IMG/VR virus record: IMGVR_UViG_3300017971_000185
Coordinates: 310,001-374,000 of that record
Strand: one strand, 5' to 3'
Length of the DNA: 64,000 nucleotides
Shown here one piece after another: positions 29,949-39,612 of the stretch. The position numbers and the translations under genes are program-made. How positions within the stretch are numbered: position 1 is the stretch's first letter; each line of letters begins with the position of its first letter. Below the pieces are notes generated by a model, which was not told the DNA's origin, did not search any database, and saw only the letters and a list, made by a program, of their open reading frames with translations.

Positions 29949-30626
29949 CTAGTACCTGTAATTCTTGTGTGGCTTGCGAACGCGCACGAGCCATTCGGAG
30001 TTGTTCTTCTCGTTCACGCCAGGCTTGAGAAGGCCGCCGGGGTCTTTGAGAACGAGACCTTCGATCTCATCCATGTCAACGAGCCGGTTGAAAAGCTCGC
30101 CTGCCTCATCGGCGTTGGCGGGAGTGAAGGTTTCAGCCAGCCAGACGTTCTGTGCGGCTACCAGAGCGACTTTCCGGCCCGTGTCCTCTTCGTACTTGGT
30201 CGGGTTCCCGAGCGTTTCTCGGAGCCGTGAGAGCCTCTCCTGGTAGGCCGTGCCCGTCAGGTAGCTCCCGTTGTGAACGAGGATGTCCCAGAGCACGATC
30301 CGGTCTTTGAGGCTGACCGTTTTAGAGTGCAGGATTTCGCCATCGAATACCTGCCACTTTCCGCGCTCCAGGAGGTCGCTGTCAAGCAGAGACTTGAGTG
30401 CTTGATGCGTCTCCGGGTGCTCGTGAATCAGGTAGAGTTTGTGTTCCTCGCGGTGGCGGCTGCGAAGATGCACTTCGCCATCTGGATCGAGGAAGATAGT
30501 CGTGCGTGTCCCATTGAATTTGAATTGGGCCAGCCAGCCTGGAAATTTCCCCAAGTCGCGGGGGTGGACGGAGCCCTCCGGTCGTGGGGGCCACATCACA
30601 AACATCTTCTTGTATGGGATGCTCAT
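29949..30626 (-). CDS. ATP-dependent ligase-type nucleotidyltransferase, adenylation domain only
   Basis: KFNG, FDGE, WDIL and EGLVLK motifs; no OB domain. Confidence 0.8.
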   Translation of the reverse strand: MSIPYKKMFVMWPPRPEGSVHPRDLGKFPGWLAQFKFNGTRTTIFLDPDGEVHLRSRHREEHKLYLIHEHPETHQALKSLLDSDLLERGKWQVFDGEILHSKTVSLKDRIVLWDILVHNGSYLTGTAYQERLSRLRETLGNPTKYEEDTGRKVALVAAQNVWLAETFTPANADEAGELFNRLVDMDEIEGLVLKDPGGLLKPGVNEKNNSEWLVRVRKPHKNYRY

Positions 30627-31029
30627 GTGGATTGCTTGGAAGGATACCAGCCGCCGCGCGCCAGCGTCTTGAGCCGTTCCTCACGGATGGGTTTGCAGAG
30701 CCAGTGGTCGCACTCGCGCTTTTGGTGCGAACGGCACCCGAAGATCTGGTGAAGGTGCTCCTCGATGTCGGGATACTGTCGAGTCTTGTCGCCCTCGCTC
30801 ACGCGAATGGCAAGGGCAGTCTCGATGTCCCCGTCGCGGAGGCACTGGATGATGTCGGAGATGCAAGAACGCCCGCCACCGTGAAACTCATCCATTCGCT
30901 GTAGCTCAGCGATTTGCTCCTCGGAGACGGGATATCTTGGCTTGTGCATCGTGCTTTTCAGAGAATGGAGAGCGCCCCGGTCCTCCCGAAAACTGAAGCG
31001 AGAGGACCGGGGCAGGAGATGACCACCCT

Positions 31030-31854
31030 CTAACCCTTGCCCTGCAACGTCGCCATCGAGGTTTCGTTGATCAGGGCGAAACACTCGTCGGGATCCTTGC
31101 CGCCAAGGTCCGCCTTCTTGACTTGCGGCACGGGCTTCAGAATCTCCATGATGGCCTGGATCTTCTCGGCAAGCTCACCGTCCGCCTCGCACTCCTCCGC
31201 GATGCCGGGGAGAGCCTCCATGATGCCATCCTTGGCCGTGACCTTGGGACGGAAGATCTGCCCCACGTGCTCGGAGGCTCCGTCCTTGACCTTGACCTTG
31301 GAGAGATCGGCGCCGCACTGGCTGCAAAACTTCACGTTGCCCATCTTGGTGTCGCACTTGGGGCACATCTTGTGGCCGCCAACGAGATTCTGGATGGCTT
31401 CCTGAAGGTCATCCATGTAGCCCAGAGTCTTCACGGCGTCCATGTCGATCTCGATGCCGGAAGTCTCGATGTACTCGGAGAGATCGGCTCCGATCATCTC
31501 CAGCGCCTCTTGCTTCTCGGCCGTGACCGTGATCCGCCGAGTCATGGTGTACTGGAAGGTGCTCTCGTTGCCGCTGCAATTGCACATGTCGGGGCGCTTG
31601 CCCGTCTCTGCAAACTGCTCGCACCACCACTGGAGCAAGTGAGCCTTGACGCGCTTCTCGGCAAGCTCACCCTTCTTCTTGAGATCGTCCTTGATCACCT
31701 TGTACGCCATCGCAATGTCAGCGACTTGGCGTAGCTCCTTGGGAAGATCAACTTCCGCGCGGACCTTGGCGCTCTTGCCCTTGGATTTGGTCTGGGCTGC
31801 CTTTCCTCCGAAGAGGCCATCGACGGCGGCAGCGGTAGCTTTCTTCTTTGCCAT
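31030..31854 (-). CDS. hypothetical protein with a double zinc ribbon
   Basis: CPKC..FCSQCG; SD GAGGAG; phage promoter motif upstream. Confidence 0.65.
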   Translation of the reverse strand: MAKKKATAAAVDGLFGGKAAQTKSKGKSAKVRAEVDLPKELRQVADIAMAYKVIKDDLKKKGELAEKRVKAHLLQWWCEQFAETGKRPDMCNCSGNESTFQYTMTRRITVTAEKQEALEMIGADLSEYIETSGIEIDMDAVKTLGYMDDLQEAIQNLVGGHKMCPKCDTKMGNVKFCSQCGADLSKVKVKDGASEHVGQIFRPKVTAKDGIMEALPGIAEECEADGELAEKIQAIMEILKPVPQVKKADLGGKDPDECFALINETSMATLQGKG

Positions 31855-32405
31855 GTGGTCTTTTCTCCTCTAGAGGCTCTACGCGAGAATGGCCCGATAG
31901 TATACTTTTGGGGGTAAGGTACTTGAAAAGATTGGGGTTTTTCGAGCGCTTTGCTGACGCTCGATCCTTTTGGCGTAGGATAGGACACATGGCCGGTGGA
32001 GGAATCCCAGTCCAGTATCTCATTCCCGAGCGCTACGTGGAGACCAAGGTTTGCCGCTGCGCTGACCATCCCGACGCTCGCGCTTCCTTATTTGAGATTG
32101 CCTTCCGTGTCGCGTGTCCTGTGTGCGGCAAACCAATGGAGCGGATCTCCAAGTGGATTGATGCCTGGACCTTAACTCTGGAGCCTGGTTGGACCGGAGA
32201 CCCGCACCCTCCGAAGGGTGCCGTCTCTATTAAAGGAAGCTGAGCCCGTGGCTCGCACTACCGCCGGTAGTGTGGGGCATGTCGGCAAACAGCGATCACG
32301 TGGTGGGATTGGTACAACGCCAACCAGGCCAGCTATCGGTGGGAGGTCATCAAGGAGGCGGAGTTTCCCGCAAACATGCGCGCGCGAGCGTGATCCAATT
32401 TCTGC

Positions 32406-32434
32406 TTGACTTCCAGCAGGAAGAGGCGTACACC
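32406..32434 (+). promoter_or_regulatory. sigma70-like promoter of the Thr/Asp/Val tRNA operon
   Basis: TTGACT-N17-TACACC. Confidence 0.6.
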
Positions 32435-32482
32435 CGTTCTAGTCGCTCCCCTTGGCAGGACAGCGACGGAAACATTCACGCC

Positions 32483-32578
32483 ATGACGAAACGCACCACA
32501 ACAACAGCTATGCTCAGTGCCCGAGTGGCCCTGCATGGCTTTGTACGTCCAAATATGGACGATACGACCCCGTGTTGA
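32483..32578 (+). CDS. leader peptide MTKRTTTTAMLSARVALHGFVRPNMDDTTPC
   Basis: 7 Thr codons (ACG, ACC, ACA) plus GAC/GAT and GTA/GTG. Confidence 0.75.
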   Translation: MTKRTTTTAMLSARVALHGFVRPNMDDTTPC

Positions 32579-32656
32579 GCGTTTCCCCGGCGTGAACCAA
32601 GACAAAGAGACAAAGCGCCGGGGGCCGCCGGTACGGGCAGGGCTGCCTAGCCGAAC

Positions 32657-32728
32657 GCTAGCGTAGCTCAACGGTAGAGCAGAGCACTTGTAATGCTCAG
32701 GTTGTCGGTTCAAATCCGACCGCTAGCT
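32657..32728 (+). tRNA. tRNA-Thr(TGT)
   Basis: Cloverleaf. Confidence 0.93.
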
Positions 32729-32741
32729 CAGAAAGGAGAAC

Positions 32742-32814
32742 GCCGCTGAAGCACAACAGGTCGTGCGTCTGATTCGTAATCAGGAGGTAGAGGGTTCGAG
32801 TCCCTCCGGCGGCT
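32742..32814 (+). tRNA. tRNA-Thr(CGT)
   Basis: Cloverleaf. Confidence 0.9.
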
Positions 32815-32826
32815 CAAGTTGAAATT

Positions 32827-32899
32827 GCCGATGTAGCTAAGTGGGAAGGCGCCGCCTTGGTACGGCGGAGATTCGTGGGTTCGATTCCCACCATCGGCT
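32827..32899 (+). tRNA. tRNA-Thr(GGT)
   Basis: Cloverleaf. Confidence 0.92.
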
Positions 32900-32901
32900 C
32901 T

Positions 32902-33049
32902 GGGAGACACAGGATCTCGTTTCGAGGTCACAAGCACGGTAAGACGCAGCATTCATAACGCTGAGACTGTGGGTTCAATCCCCACCCCCGCTTTCATGGC
33001 GGGGTAGTCAAATCGCAAGAACACCTGACACACTCTCCTGTGTCCTCCC
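32902..33049 (+). ncRNA. Y-like RNA: tRNA mimic opened in the D loop, acceptor stem closed, CACAAGC/CACTC module
   Basis: Outer stem GGGAGACACAGGA/TCCTGTGTCCTCCC; order 3' D strand, anticodon arm (CAT), T arm, CCCCGC-loop-GCGGGG, 5' D strand. Confidence 0.75.
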
Positions 33050-33094
33050 GACCCTTCCAGACTTCAACCCGCAACCCGAAAGGAGGACAATCTG

Positions 33095-33220
33095 ATGCCT
33101 GACGATGATGACGATGACGATGATCGCTTGCCCGCGTTGGTGAAGTCTGGTCTATCACGCTTGGTTGTCAGCCAAGAGGTCATGGGTTCAAATCCCATAC
33201 GCGGGGCTGGAGGTCCGTAA
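33095..33220 (+). CDS. leader peptide MPDDDDDDDDRL..., reading through tRNA-Asp
   Basis: SD AAGGAGG; 8 consecutive GAC/GAT codons ending 6 nt before tRNA-Asp. Confidence 0.8.
   Translation: MPDDDDDDDDRLPALVKSGLSRLVVSQEVMGSNPIRGAGGP
33131..33206 (+). tRNA. tRNA-Asp(GTC)
   Basis: Cloverleaf, loop TT-GTC-AG, G73. Confidence 0.9.
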
Positions 33221-33284
33221 CTCAGTTGGTCAGAGTGCCGCCCTTACAAGACGGAAGTCGCCGGTTCAACTCCGGCCGGGCCTA
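33211..33284 (+). tRNA. tRNA-Val(TAC)
   Basis: Cloverleaf, loop CT-TAC-AA. Confidence 0.88.
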
Positions 33285-33325
33285 CAAAGGAAGGTTTTGG
33301 AGTATATACAGGAAGGAGCGAAACC

Positions 33326-33865
33326 ATGAACGGAGAAGCATTTGCATTTTCCGACGAATCGCGCAAAGCTCAGTTTGGCGCGACTAAAGTCTGTTCTAGG
33401 TGTCGTAGGGAGCTTCCTGTTGCCGACTTTTCGTATGCGAGCCGTGTAAAGCTCTATGCCTGGTGTCGCGACTGCGCACGGACTTATCAGCGGGAAGTCT
33501 ATCGGACGTTTGAGGGGCAGATGAAGCATCGGGTTCGTGCGGCGCGAGGAAGGGCTCAGCGATTTGGTTTAGATTTCGATCTTGCCGTTCAGGATCTTCT
33601 TGAGTTGTGGGACGAACAGGACGGGAAGTGTGCAATTTCAGGATTGCCCATGGTCATCGATAGCGAAGAGGAGAAAGGGAAGCAAGCGTTTCGTCCGTCC
33701 GTTGACCGCATCGTTCCGAAACGCGGATACGTTCGGGGGAACATTCGGCTGGTGACGACTATCGTAAACTTCGGGATCAACAAGTGGGGTCTCGATCCGT
33801 TTCTTGCCATGTGCGAAGGTGTTGTTCAAACCATAGGCGAAAGGAAGGCATACCATGACTGTTGA
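33326..33865 (+). CDS. HNH-like endonuclease
   Basis: CSRC..CRDC; GKCAISG..PSVDRI....GY..GNIRLV..VN. Confidence 0.75.
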   Translation: MNGEAFAFSDESRKAQFGATKVCSRCRRELPVADFSYASRVKLYAWCRDCARTYQREVYRTFEGQMKHRVRAARGRAQRFGLDFDLAVQDLLELWDEQDGKCAISGLPMVIDSEEEKGKQAFRPSVDRIVPKRGYVRGNIRLVTTIVNFGINKWGLDPFLAMCEGVVQTIGERKAYHDC

Positions 33866-35747
33866 AAACCTGGGGCCTGCTGAAAAGATCATCCAAGCTC
33901 TTTTGACGCACACGGACCATCTCTACCACAACCGACCGGGAATCGTGGTTGCCGACCGGCGTACCACGACTGGCGTGCGGTGGGATCCTGTCACGTGGAA
34001 GGCAGGCGAGAACGGTGAGCGTACCGTCTACCGTTTGGTGAAGGCGGGACGTAAGCAGCGTCGTGTCGAGATCGGCACGATGAACGGCGAGAACCGCAAG
34101 ATCATGAAGGACGGAGCCGAGGTAGGCGAGTACCGTCCGAGCGGCTTGTACCCCGAAGTCGCCATTTGGTTCTACAAGCAAGTTGCCGAAGTGTGGAAGC
34201 TGGACAACGAGTTTGCCGCACGTTGGGCATCGTTCGCGTTCCGTCAGGACCACCGCGATCTCAAGGTCGTTCTGGCCGCCTTCCTCTTGGTCCAGTCGCG
34301 TAAGGGCGATCCCGTCATGGACGGCATGGTCCGTCTGTTCGCGGATGAGGACTACAGGGACGTGGGCGAGGCGATGATCTTGCTCCAAGAGAAGGGCAAG
34401 GATCTCAACCCGAAGCTGTTGCTCCGCATCTGGGAGGTTCTCTCGTTGCCGGAGATCGCGGCTGTCAACCGCGAGCTTGGTTTCGGCAAGTCGGCAAAGC
34501 GTCCATTCCTGGGTCGTTGGAGCAGGGCGGTCGAGAAGTGGCTCCGCTACCGTGAAGAGAACCCGAAGATGCTGGAGGGTCTCGTCAAGGCCGGATTCAG
34601 AACCACGGTGATGACGCTTGCCCGGAAGATCGGCTACAAGCCCACGACTGATCGGTTCTTCGAAGTCCTGCGCTGGAAGCAGAAGCAGGCCGAAGATGGC
34701 CGTCGTGAGATGGCGATTGGCAAGGAAGTCAAGGCGGCCGAGTCTTGGGCGGATCTCGATGAAATGTCGATCTGCGAGATCATCGAGAAGACCAAGCCGA
34801 ATTGGAAGCGGATCGTTGGTTTGCTTCCTTCCGAGGTTGGCGTGACCCGTGCAATCATGGCTGCGGCCATCGAGGCAGGCTCTCTGTCGGACAAGGACAT
34901 CATCATCCTGACGCCGACGTTGGAGGAGCTTGGGCTGCTCAAGGTCCAAGAGATCAAGGAACGTCTCGACTCGGCCCTGGCTCGGGCGAACGACATGCGT
35001 GCGGCCAACATCGCTCGCAACGTCCGTGACAAGGAGACCAAGGAGACGCTGGAGGCGGGTGCCGACAAGGCCGCTCAGAAGGTGGTCGAGGAAGTCGCAC
35101 GCGACATCACCATCGACTTCATCGTTGACATTTCGGCTTCGATGGAAGGCGCCCTGGATGCGGCCAAGCCGCTCATCGCCAAGTTTCTCCAGGCCCTTCC
35201 GGCTGATTACGTCAATGTTGCCGTGTTCAACACGGCAGGCCGTGAGGTCAAGGTCAAGCACAACTCGACCAAGGGCGTCGAGGCCGCTTTCCGCGGCATC
35301 AAGGCCGGAGGAGGCACTGACTACGGTGCGGGTGTGCGGGCAGTCCAGAAGCACGCGACCCCGGAAGGCCACGATCGCATCATGGTCTTCATTGGGGATG
35401 AGGAAGCACGGCCGTTCGATGAGGCTGTGAGGGTGTCGGGTCTCAACCCGGTTGCCTTCGGATTCCTCAAGACGGTTCCCTTCGGAGGAGCCGCAGCGTG
35501 GCGTTATCGGCACTACGGGCCGGACGGCAACATCGCAGTGCGGGAGACGGCTGCTCGTCTCAACATCCCATGCTTCATGATCGATGACCGCACTTTCGAG
35601 GACCCCTACGCAATCACTCGCACTCTCCAGGCTTTGATTGCGGCGACTCCGGTTGGGGAAGTGACTCAGGCTCGTCCGCGTCCGCGCGTGACGCTCGTTG
35701 ATCAGATTCTCAACACTGAGTTGCTTGCTAAGCCCGCATGGGCATGA
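33855..35747 (+). CDS. Ro60/TROVE-like protein with a C-terminal vWA domain
   Basis: Long helical N-terminal region, then MIDAS motifs VDISASM, GGTD and IGDE; TROVE assignment inferred from architecture and context. Confidence 0.65.
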   Translation: MTVENLGPAEKIIQALLTHTDHLYHNRPGIVVADRRTTTGVRWDPVTWKAGENGERTVYRLVKAGRKQRRVEIGTMNGENRKIMKDGAEVGEYRPSGLYPEVAIWFYKQVAEVWKLDNEFAARWASFAFRQDHRDLKVVLAAFLLVQSRKGDPVMDGMVRLFADEDYRDVGEAMILLQEKGKDLNPKLLLRIWEVLSLPEIAAVNRELGFGKSAKRPFLGRWSRAVEKWLRYREENPKMLEGLVKAGFRTTVMTLARKIGYKPTTDRFFEVLRWKQKQAEDGRREMAIGKEVKAAESWADLDEMSICEIIEKTKPNWKRIVGLLPSEVGVTRAIMAAAIEAGSLSDKDIIILTPTLEELGLLKVQEIKERLDSALARANDMRAANIARNVRDKETKETLEAGADKAAQKVVEEVARDITIDFIVDISASMEGALDAAKPLIAKFLQALPADYVNVAVFNTAGREVKVKHNSTKGVEAAFRGIKAGGGTDYGAGVRAVQKHATPEGHDRIMVFIGDEEARPFDEAVRVSGLNPVAFGFLKTVPFGGAAAWRYRHYGPDGNIAVRETAARLNIPCFMIDDRTFEDPYAITRTLQALIAATPVGEVTQARPRPRVTLVDQILNTELLAKPAWA

Positions 35748-35754
35748 GGTCGTC

Positions 35755-36684
35755 ATGGGTTGGAGGGATCTACTTTCGACAGGGGAAGAGAATGTAACTC
35801 TTCCCTGGACCGGTGGTGGGTCCCTCCACTCGGCCTCGCGGGTATTCAAGCTGGACAAGCGACCCCGTGAGTTTGGCTGGTACACCTTCCAGATCAACGG
35901 GACCAAGGCCAACGAGCCCAAGCCAGCAGAAGCCGATCCCGATTTGCTCAAGCACACGGTCGTCGGTTACCTCGTTGGAGATCGTCTAGTACCCGACGAT
36001 ACCCGGATCGATCCCGACCCTGGGAAAATCGTCAACTATTCCGAGAAAGTGTACATTCTTTCCGAGGAATTGGAACGTTTCTCTCGCATTCGTGCGGGAA
36101 GGGTGTATCCTGAGGGTCCGCTCATTTTCCGAGAGCAGGTTTTTCCTCTCGGACCGGAAGATGAAGTAATGGACGCTTTCCTCGACAACCGAAGCGAAGT
36201 ACACAGCATCCCCGGAGTCGTTCCGGCTCTCGATGCTGCCTTTCGAATGGAGGTTTACCAACGCGATCAAGCTGAGAAACGACGCCAGGAAATCGCTCGC
36301 AAACGAGCCGAGGAAGAGGCCCGCAGGCTACAGGAGCAGCGTCGCAAGGAGCTACGCGAAAAGCTCGGAGATGGCCAAGGGCGTCGGGCCATGGCTCATC
36401 AGGGAGACTTCAAGGAAGCGGCTCAGGCAGCGCTCCAAGTGGGCGGTGCCGTGTATCTCGACCACCGCTGCATCCGCGGAGGCGAGTGGGCCGTGAAGTA
36501 TCGTGTCGATGGACACCGACTGGAGTGCGTTTGCACAACGCACATGCAGATCATCGACGCGGGCATTTGCCTGGAGGATCACCACACGGGCGAGAGAGGC
36601 GACACTTACTTCACCCTGGAGAGTTTGCCTGCGGTCATTCGACAAGCCCTCCGCGAAGACAGACTCGTGTATAGGCACGTATGA
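35755..36684 (+). CDS. putative E2-like conjugating protein
   Basis: In an operon with JAB, Ubl and E1; C-terminal IIDAGICL resembles the UBC G.ICL active-site Cys. Confidence 0.5.
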   Translation: MGWRDLLSTGEENVTLPWTGGGSLHSASRVFKLDKRPREFGWYTFQINGTKANEPKPAEADPDLLKHTVVGYLVGDRLVPDDTRIDPDPGKIVNYSEKVYILSEELERFSRIRAGRVYPEGPLIFREQVFPLGPEDEVMDAFLDNRSEVHSIPGVVPALDAAFRMEVYQRDQAEKRRQEIARKRAEEEARRLQEQRRKELREKLGDGQGRRAMAHQGDFKEAAQAALQVGGAVYLDHRCIRGGEWAVKYRVDGHRLECVCTTHMQIIDAGICLEDHHTGERGDTYFTLESLPAVIRQALREDRLVYRHV

Positions 36685-37253
36685 TGGACTTCGACATCAA
36701 AGCTGTTGGTACTGATCTTCTTCTCGTTGGGGGCGTCTGGGCAGGCGACCACAGCACGTACATCTGTGTGTTTCCCGAATTCCACGGGATTCCCGAGGAC
36801 ATCCACGTGCTCAGCATGTCCGGCGATGAGTGGAAGAAGTTGATCAGGCAGTCCGATCTCGTAGAGAAGGAAGTGCTGGAAAAGGCCGAGGACGGGAAAC
36901 TGATCAAGGCCGTTGCGAGGAAGTGTCAGCGCAGCATCGATCAGAACGTCTCCTGGGCGGTCTACAGGCGAGACGAGTTTCGTTGTCGGTACTGCGGCAA
37001 CGACAAGGTTCCGCTCACCGTCGATCATCTCGTTTTGTGGGAGGAGTGCGGCCCATCAATTGAGGACAACTTGGTTGCTTGCTGCCGTCGTTGCAATAAG
37101 ACGCGCGGCAACATGCAGTACGCGGATTGGCTCAAGCATCCGTACTACCGGAAGGTGTCCCAAAACCTGACTGCGCTGACCAGGACCGACAACGAAGAGC
37201 TAGTCGAAACCCTCGATGCGATTCCACGCGTGATTAAGAAGAGGAAGCGATGA
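36681..37253 (+). CDS. HNH endonuclease
   Basis: RDEFRCRYCG..LTVDHL..NLVACCRRCN. Confidence 0.85.
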   Translation: MMDFDIKAVGTDLLLVGGVWAGDHSTYICVFPEFHGIPEDIHVLSMSGDEWKKLIRQSDLVEKEVLEKAEDGKLIKAVARKCQRSIDQNVSWAVYRRDEFRCRYCGNDKVPLTVDHLVLWEECGPSIEDNLVACCRRCNKTRGNMQYADWLKHPYYRKVSQNLTALTRTDNEELVETLDAIPRVIKKRKR

Positions 37254-37636
37254 TCGAAGCAGGCGTAGTCGTGACCGGATGGGGTCCAATGTACTGGCAT
37301 CTGCCGAAGGGAAGGTCCGGCGGCAGCATTCCAGACAGCAGGAAACTGTGGGATGTGTTGTGGGATCTGCGGCAGGAAGCGTTCCTGGGATTCGCCCACA
37401 GCCATCCTGGGTCTGGTAAGCCAGGTCCGTCCATGACCGATCTGACCACGTTTGCTGCCGTGGAGCTTGGGTTGGGACGAAGGCTGACGTGGTGGATCGT
37501 GAATTCTGATTCGATGATCGGTCTGCAATGGGAGGGACCGGAGAAGTACGACTACAACGAGTTTTCTGTGAACACGCCACCATGGGCTCGAAAGCTGATG
37601 GTGCTTTCAGAGAGAGAGGAAGAAAATGGAAGCTAA
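37250..37636 (+). CDS. JAB/MPN+ metalloprotease (deubiquitinase-like)
   Basis: N-terminal E, HSHP......PS.TD JAMM motif. Confidence 0.85.
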   Translation: MIEAGVVVTGWGPMYWHLPKGRSGGSIPDSRKLWDVLWDLRQEAFLGFAHSHPGSGKPGPSMTDLTTFAAVELGLGRRLTWWIVNSDSMIGLQWEGPEKYDYNEFSVNTPPWARKLMVLSEREEENGS

Positions 37637-37883
37637 CGAAGCACGAGTGAACATCACTTACCGCGGCCAAAACGGCGACCTGCCTGACCCGGTGAATAAG
37701 GACGCCACCGAAGCCGACATCAAGTCGTGGGTTACGGAAGCCGTAGCCAATGGGTCGGTTCCGGGCATCCCGGCGGATGCCACCGCGGATTTCACCGACT
37801 TCGTGGTGGACCGTTTTGAGGCCAACCAGGAGCGCGAGTGGTGTTTAATCCAGGTCCGCCCCAAAACCCCATTTGGGTCGTGA
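37626..37883 (+). CDS. ubiquitin-like (beta-grasp) protein
   Basis: 85 aa between JAB and E1; C-terminus RPKTPFG-S. Confidence 0.65.
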   Translation: MEANEARVNITYRGQNGDLPDPVNKDATEADIKSWVTEAVANGSVPGIPADATADFTDFVVDRFEANQEREWCLIQVRPKTPFGS

Positions 37884-38156
37884 TGCTGGGAATCCTTTAT
37901 TGGTTGTTCGGCTTCGCCACAGCTTGTGTGATTCTATGGCCGTTGCGTCGCAAGAGGACGTGGAACGAGAAGGATGGCTGGTGTGGCGACCCGGCTTGTC
38001 AGGTATGCGTGCGTCCGTCAGGGGCGCGGTGGGGGTCCGAGTGACGATTGAGGGAATCGCAGAATGGGCGCATGAGTGGCGCGCATGGCTAGCTCTTGCG
38101 TTCCTGGCAACGGTTCTCTTCCTCTGGGACCGAAGGATCCACAAGTGGAGGAAGCG

Positions 38157-38729
38157 ATGAAGATCACGATCATCGGAGCGGGAGCACTCGGGTCGCACTT
38201 GGTGCAGGCTCTACGGAACGAGGACGTGACCCTCAAGGTCGTGGATCACGACAGGGTCGAGATGCGCAACGTTGCGTCTCAGTTTCACTTCAAGCAGAGC
38301 GTGAGCAAGAAGAAGACCGACTCGCTCAAGCAGGCCATGCAATTCTGCTACGGCCGCAAGATTGAGGTTGTGGGGAACAAACTCACATCCAACAACTGCG
38401 AGCAACTCCTGAGCGGGGCAGATCTCTTGGTGGACTGTCTGGACAACGGAGAGGCTCGTAGGCTCGTCCAGGGCTTTGCCCGGTCCAAGAACGTCCCCTG
38501 TCTCCACGGGGCTCTGGCGGCCGATGGGGGCTTTGGGCGGGTCATCTGGAGCGCCGATTTCGTGATCGATGAGGAGGATGTCGCGGGAGCCGCTACCTGC
38601 GAGGGCGGCGAATTCCTGCCATTCATCGGAATCGTCGCGTTCTACATGGCTTACGCCGTCCAGCGGTTCGTCAAGGACAGCCGGATGACGGGCTACTCCA
38701 TCTCTCCAGCGGGGGTCGAAAAAATCTGA
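38157..38729 (+). CDS. ThiF/E1-like adenylyltransferase
   Basis: IIGAGALGS, DHDRVE.RN..SQ, DCLDN..AR; candidate catalytic Cys in ATCE. Confidence 0.9.
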   Translation: MKITIIGAGALGSHLVQALRNEDVTLKVVDHDRVEMRNVASQFHFKQSVSKKKTDSLKQAMQFCYGRKIEVVGNKLTSNNCEQLLSGADLLVDCLDNGEARRLVQGFARSKNVPCLHGALAADGGFGRVIWSADFVIDEEDVAGAATCEGGEFLPFIGIVAFYMAYAVQRFVKDSRMTGYSISPAGVEKI

Positions 38730-38738
38730 CAGACCCCC

Positions 38739-38767
38739 TTGACAGGCGGCCTTTCTTCCTTCAGACT
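38739..38767 (+). promoter_or_regulatory. sigma70-like promoter of the ncRNA array
   Basis: TTGACA-N17-CAGACT. Confidence 0.55.
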
Positions 38768-38774
38768 GCCGCCC

Positions 38775-38838
38775 TGGCTCGTTCCAAACGCGTAGATCTC
38801 ACAAGCTCGTGACCCAGATCCCGCTCTCGGAAGGACCA
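38775..38838 (+). ncRNA. minimal CACAAGC module without a tRNA domain
   Basis: TTCC..GATCT-CACAAGC-..-AGATC..CTCTC-GGAA. Confidence 0.55.
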
Positions 38839-38845
38839 AAACCAA

Positions 38846-38973
38846 GCCGGACATGACCCGTGGGGGTCACCCGATTTTCCATCGGTAACGATCCGACAGC
38901 ACCACTCGCCCCTCAAGAGGGGCTCACGGATGATGTCCACAAGCACTGCCAGGTTCGACTCCTGGGTCCGGCG
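38846..38973 (+). ncRNA. tRNA mimic type A1 (open acceptor, module inserted in the variable loop)
   Basis: GCCGGAC/GTCCGGC; D, anticodon and T arms; GACA..CACTC-hairpin-..TGTC-CACAAGC insert. Confidence 0.75.
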
Positions 38974-38974
38974 C

Positions 38975-39104
38975 TGAAGCAACCAACCAGACAGGGCTCA
39001 CACGCAAAGTAGCTCATTGGGTAGAGCATCGGTATCGCAAACCGAGGGTAGCTGGTTCAAGTCCAGTCCTTGCAACAAACAAGCTCTTCAACTCGGTTGC
39101 TTCA
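38975..39104 (+). ncRNA. Y-like RNA type B1 (whole tRNA mimic nested inside the module)
   Basis: Outer stem TGAAGCAACC/GGTTGCTTCA; loop ATCGCAA. Confidence 0.75.
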
Positions 39105-39144
39105 CCCATTTTCTGACAATCTTTCTGGCGATCATGCGCAACAC

Positions 39145-39272
39145 GGCGGACCAGGCCCGGTGGGGGCCAACCGACTTACACTCGGCAACGATCCGACACC
39201 AACACTCGCCTCTTTCGAGGCTCCTCGGTTGAATGTCCACAAGCTAGCCTGGTTCGATTCCAGGGTCCGCCT
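39145..39272 (+). ncRNA. tRNA mimic type A2
   Basis: Paralog of A1 with compensatory changes (GGCGGAC/GTCCGCC; CCTGG/CCAGG). Confidence 0.75.
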
Positions 39273-39274
39273 CT

Positions 39275-39404
39275 GAAGCGACCAAACCCGAAAGGGCTCA
39301 CAAGCAAAGAAGCTCATTTGGCTGAGCGTCTCGATCATAACGAGAAGGTAGCTGGTTCAACTCCAGTCCTTGCACTCTGTTCAGCCCCTCAACTCGGTCG
39401 CTTC
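39275..39404 (+). ncRNA. Y-like RNA type B2
   Basis: Paralog of B1; GAAGCGACC/GGTCGCTTC; loop ATCATAA. Confidence 0.75.
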
Positions 39405-39412
39405 CACTATTC

Positions 39413-39556
39413 GATCAACGCCAACAGATCAATCTCACAAGCATTGTTGGTTCGATTCCAACCCCCGCCACTCATGGCGGGGTAGCCAAATGGTAAAGGC
39501 ACCGGTACAAGGAACCGGCGTGAAAACGCAATCAGGTTTTTCACTCGGCGTTGATC
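39413..39556 (+). ncRNA. Y-like RNA type C1 (permuted: T arm, closed acceptor, D arm, anticodon arm)
   Basis: GATCAACGCC/GGCGTTGATC; CCCCGCCA-CTCA-TGGCGGGG. Confidence 0.8.
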
Positions 39557-39612
39557 AACTTTCCCTTCTCGGGTGCGGCTCTCGCGAGCCCCCGATTTTC
39601 ACCCCAACAGTA

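Noticed and set aside
33777-35957. 726-aa minus-strand ORF
   Set aside because: Antisense shadow of the vWA gene in GC-rich DNA, with no recognisable motifs.
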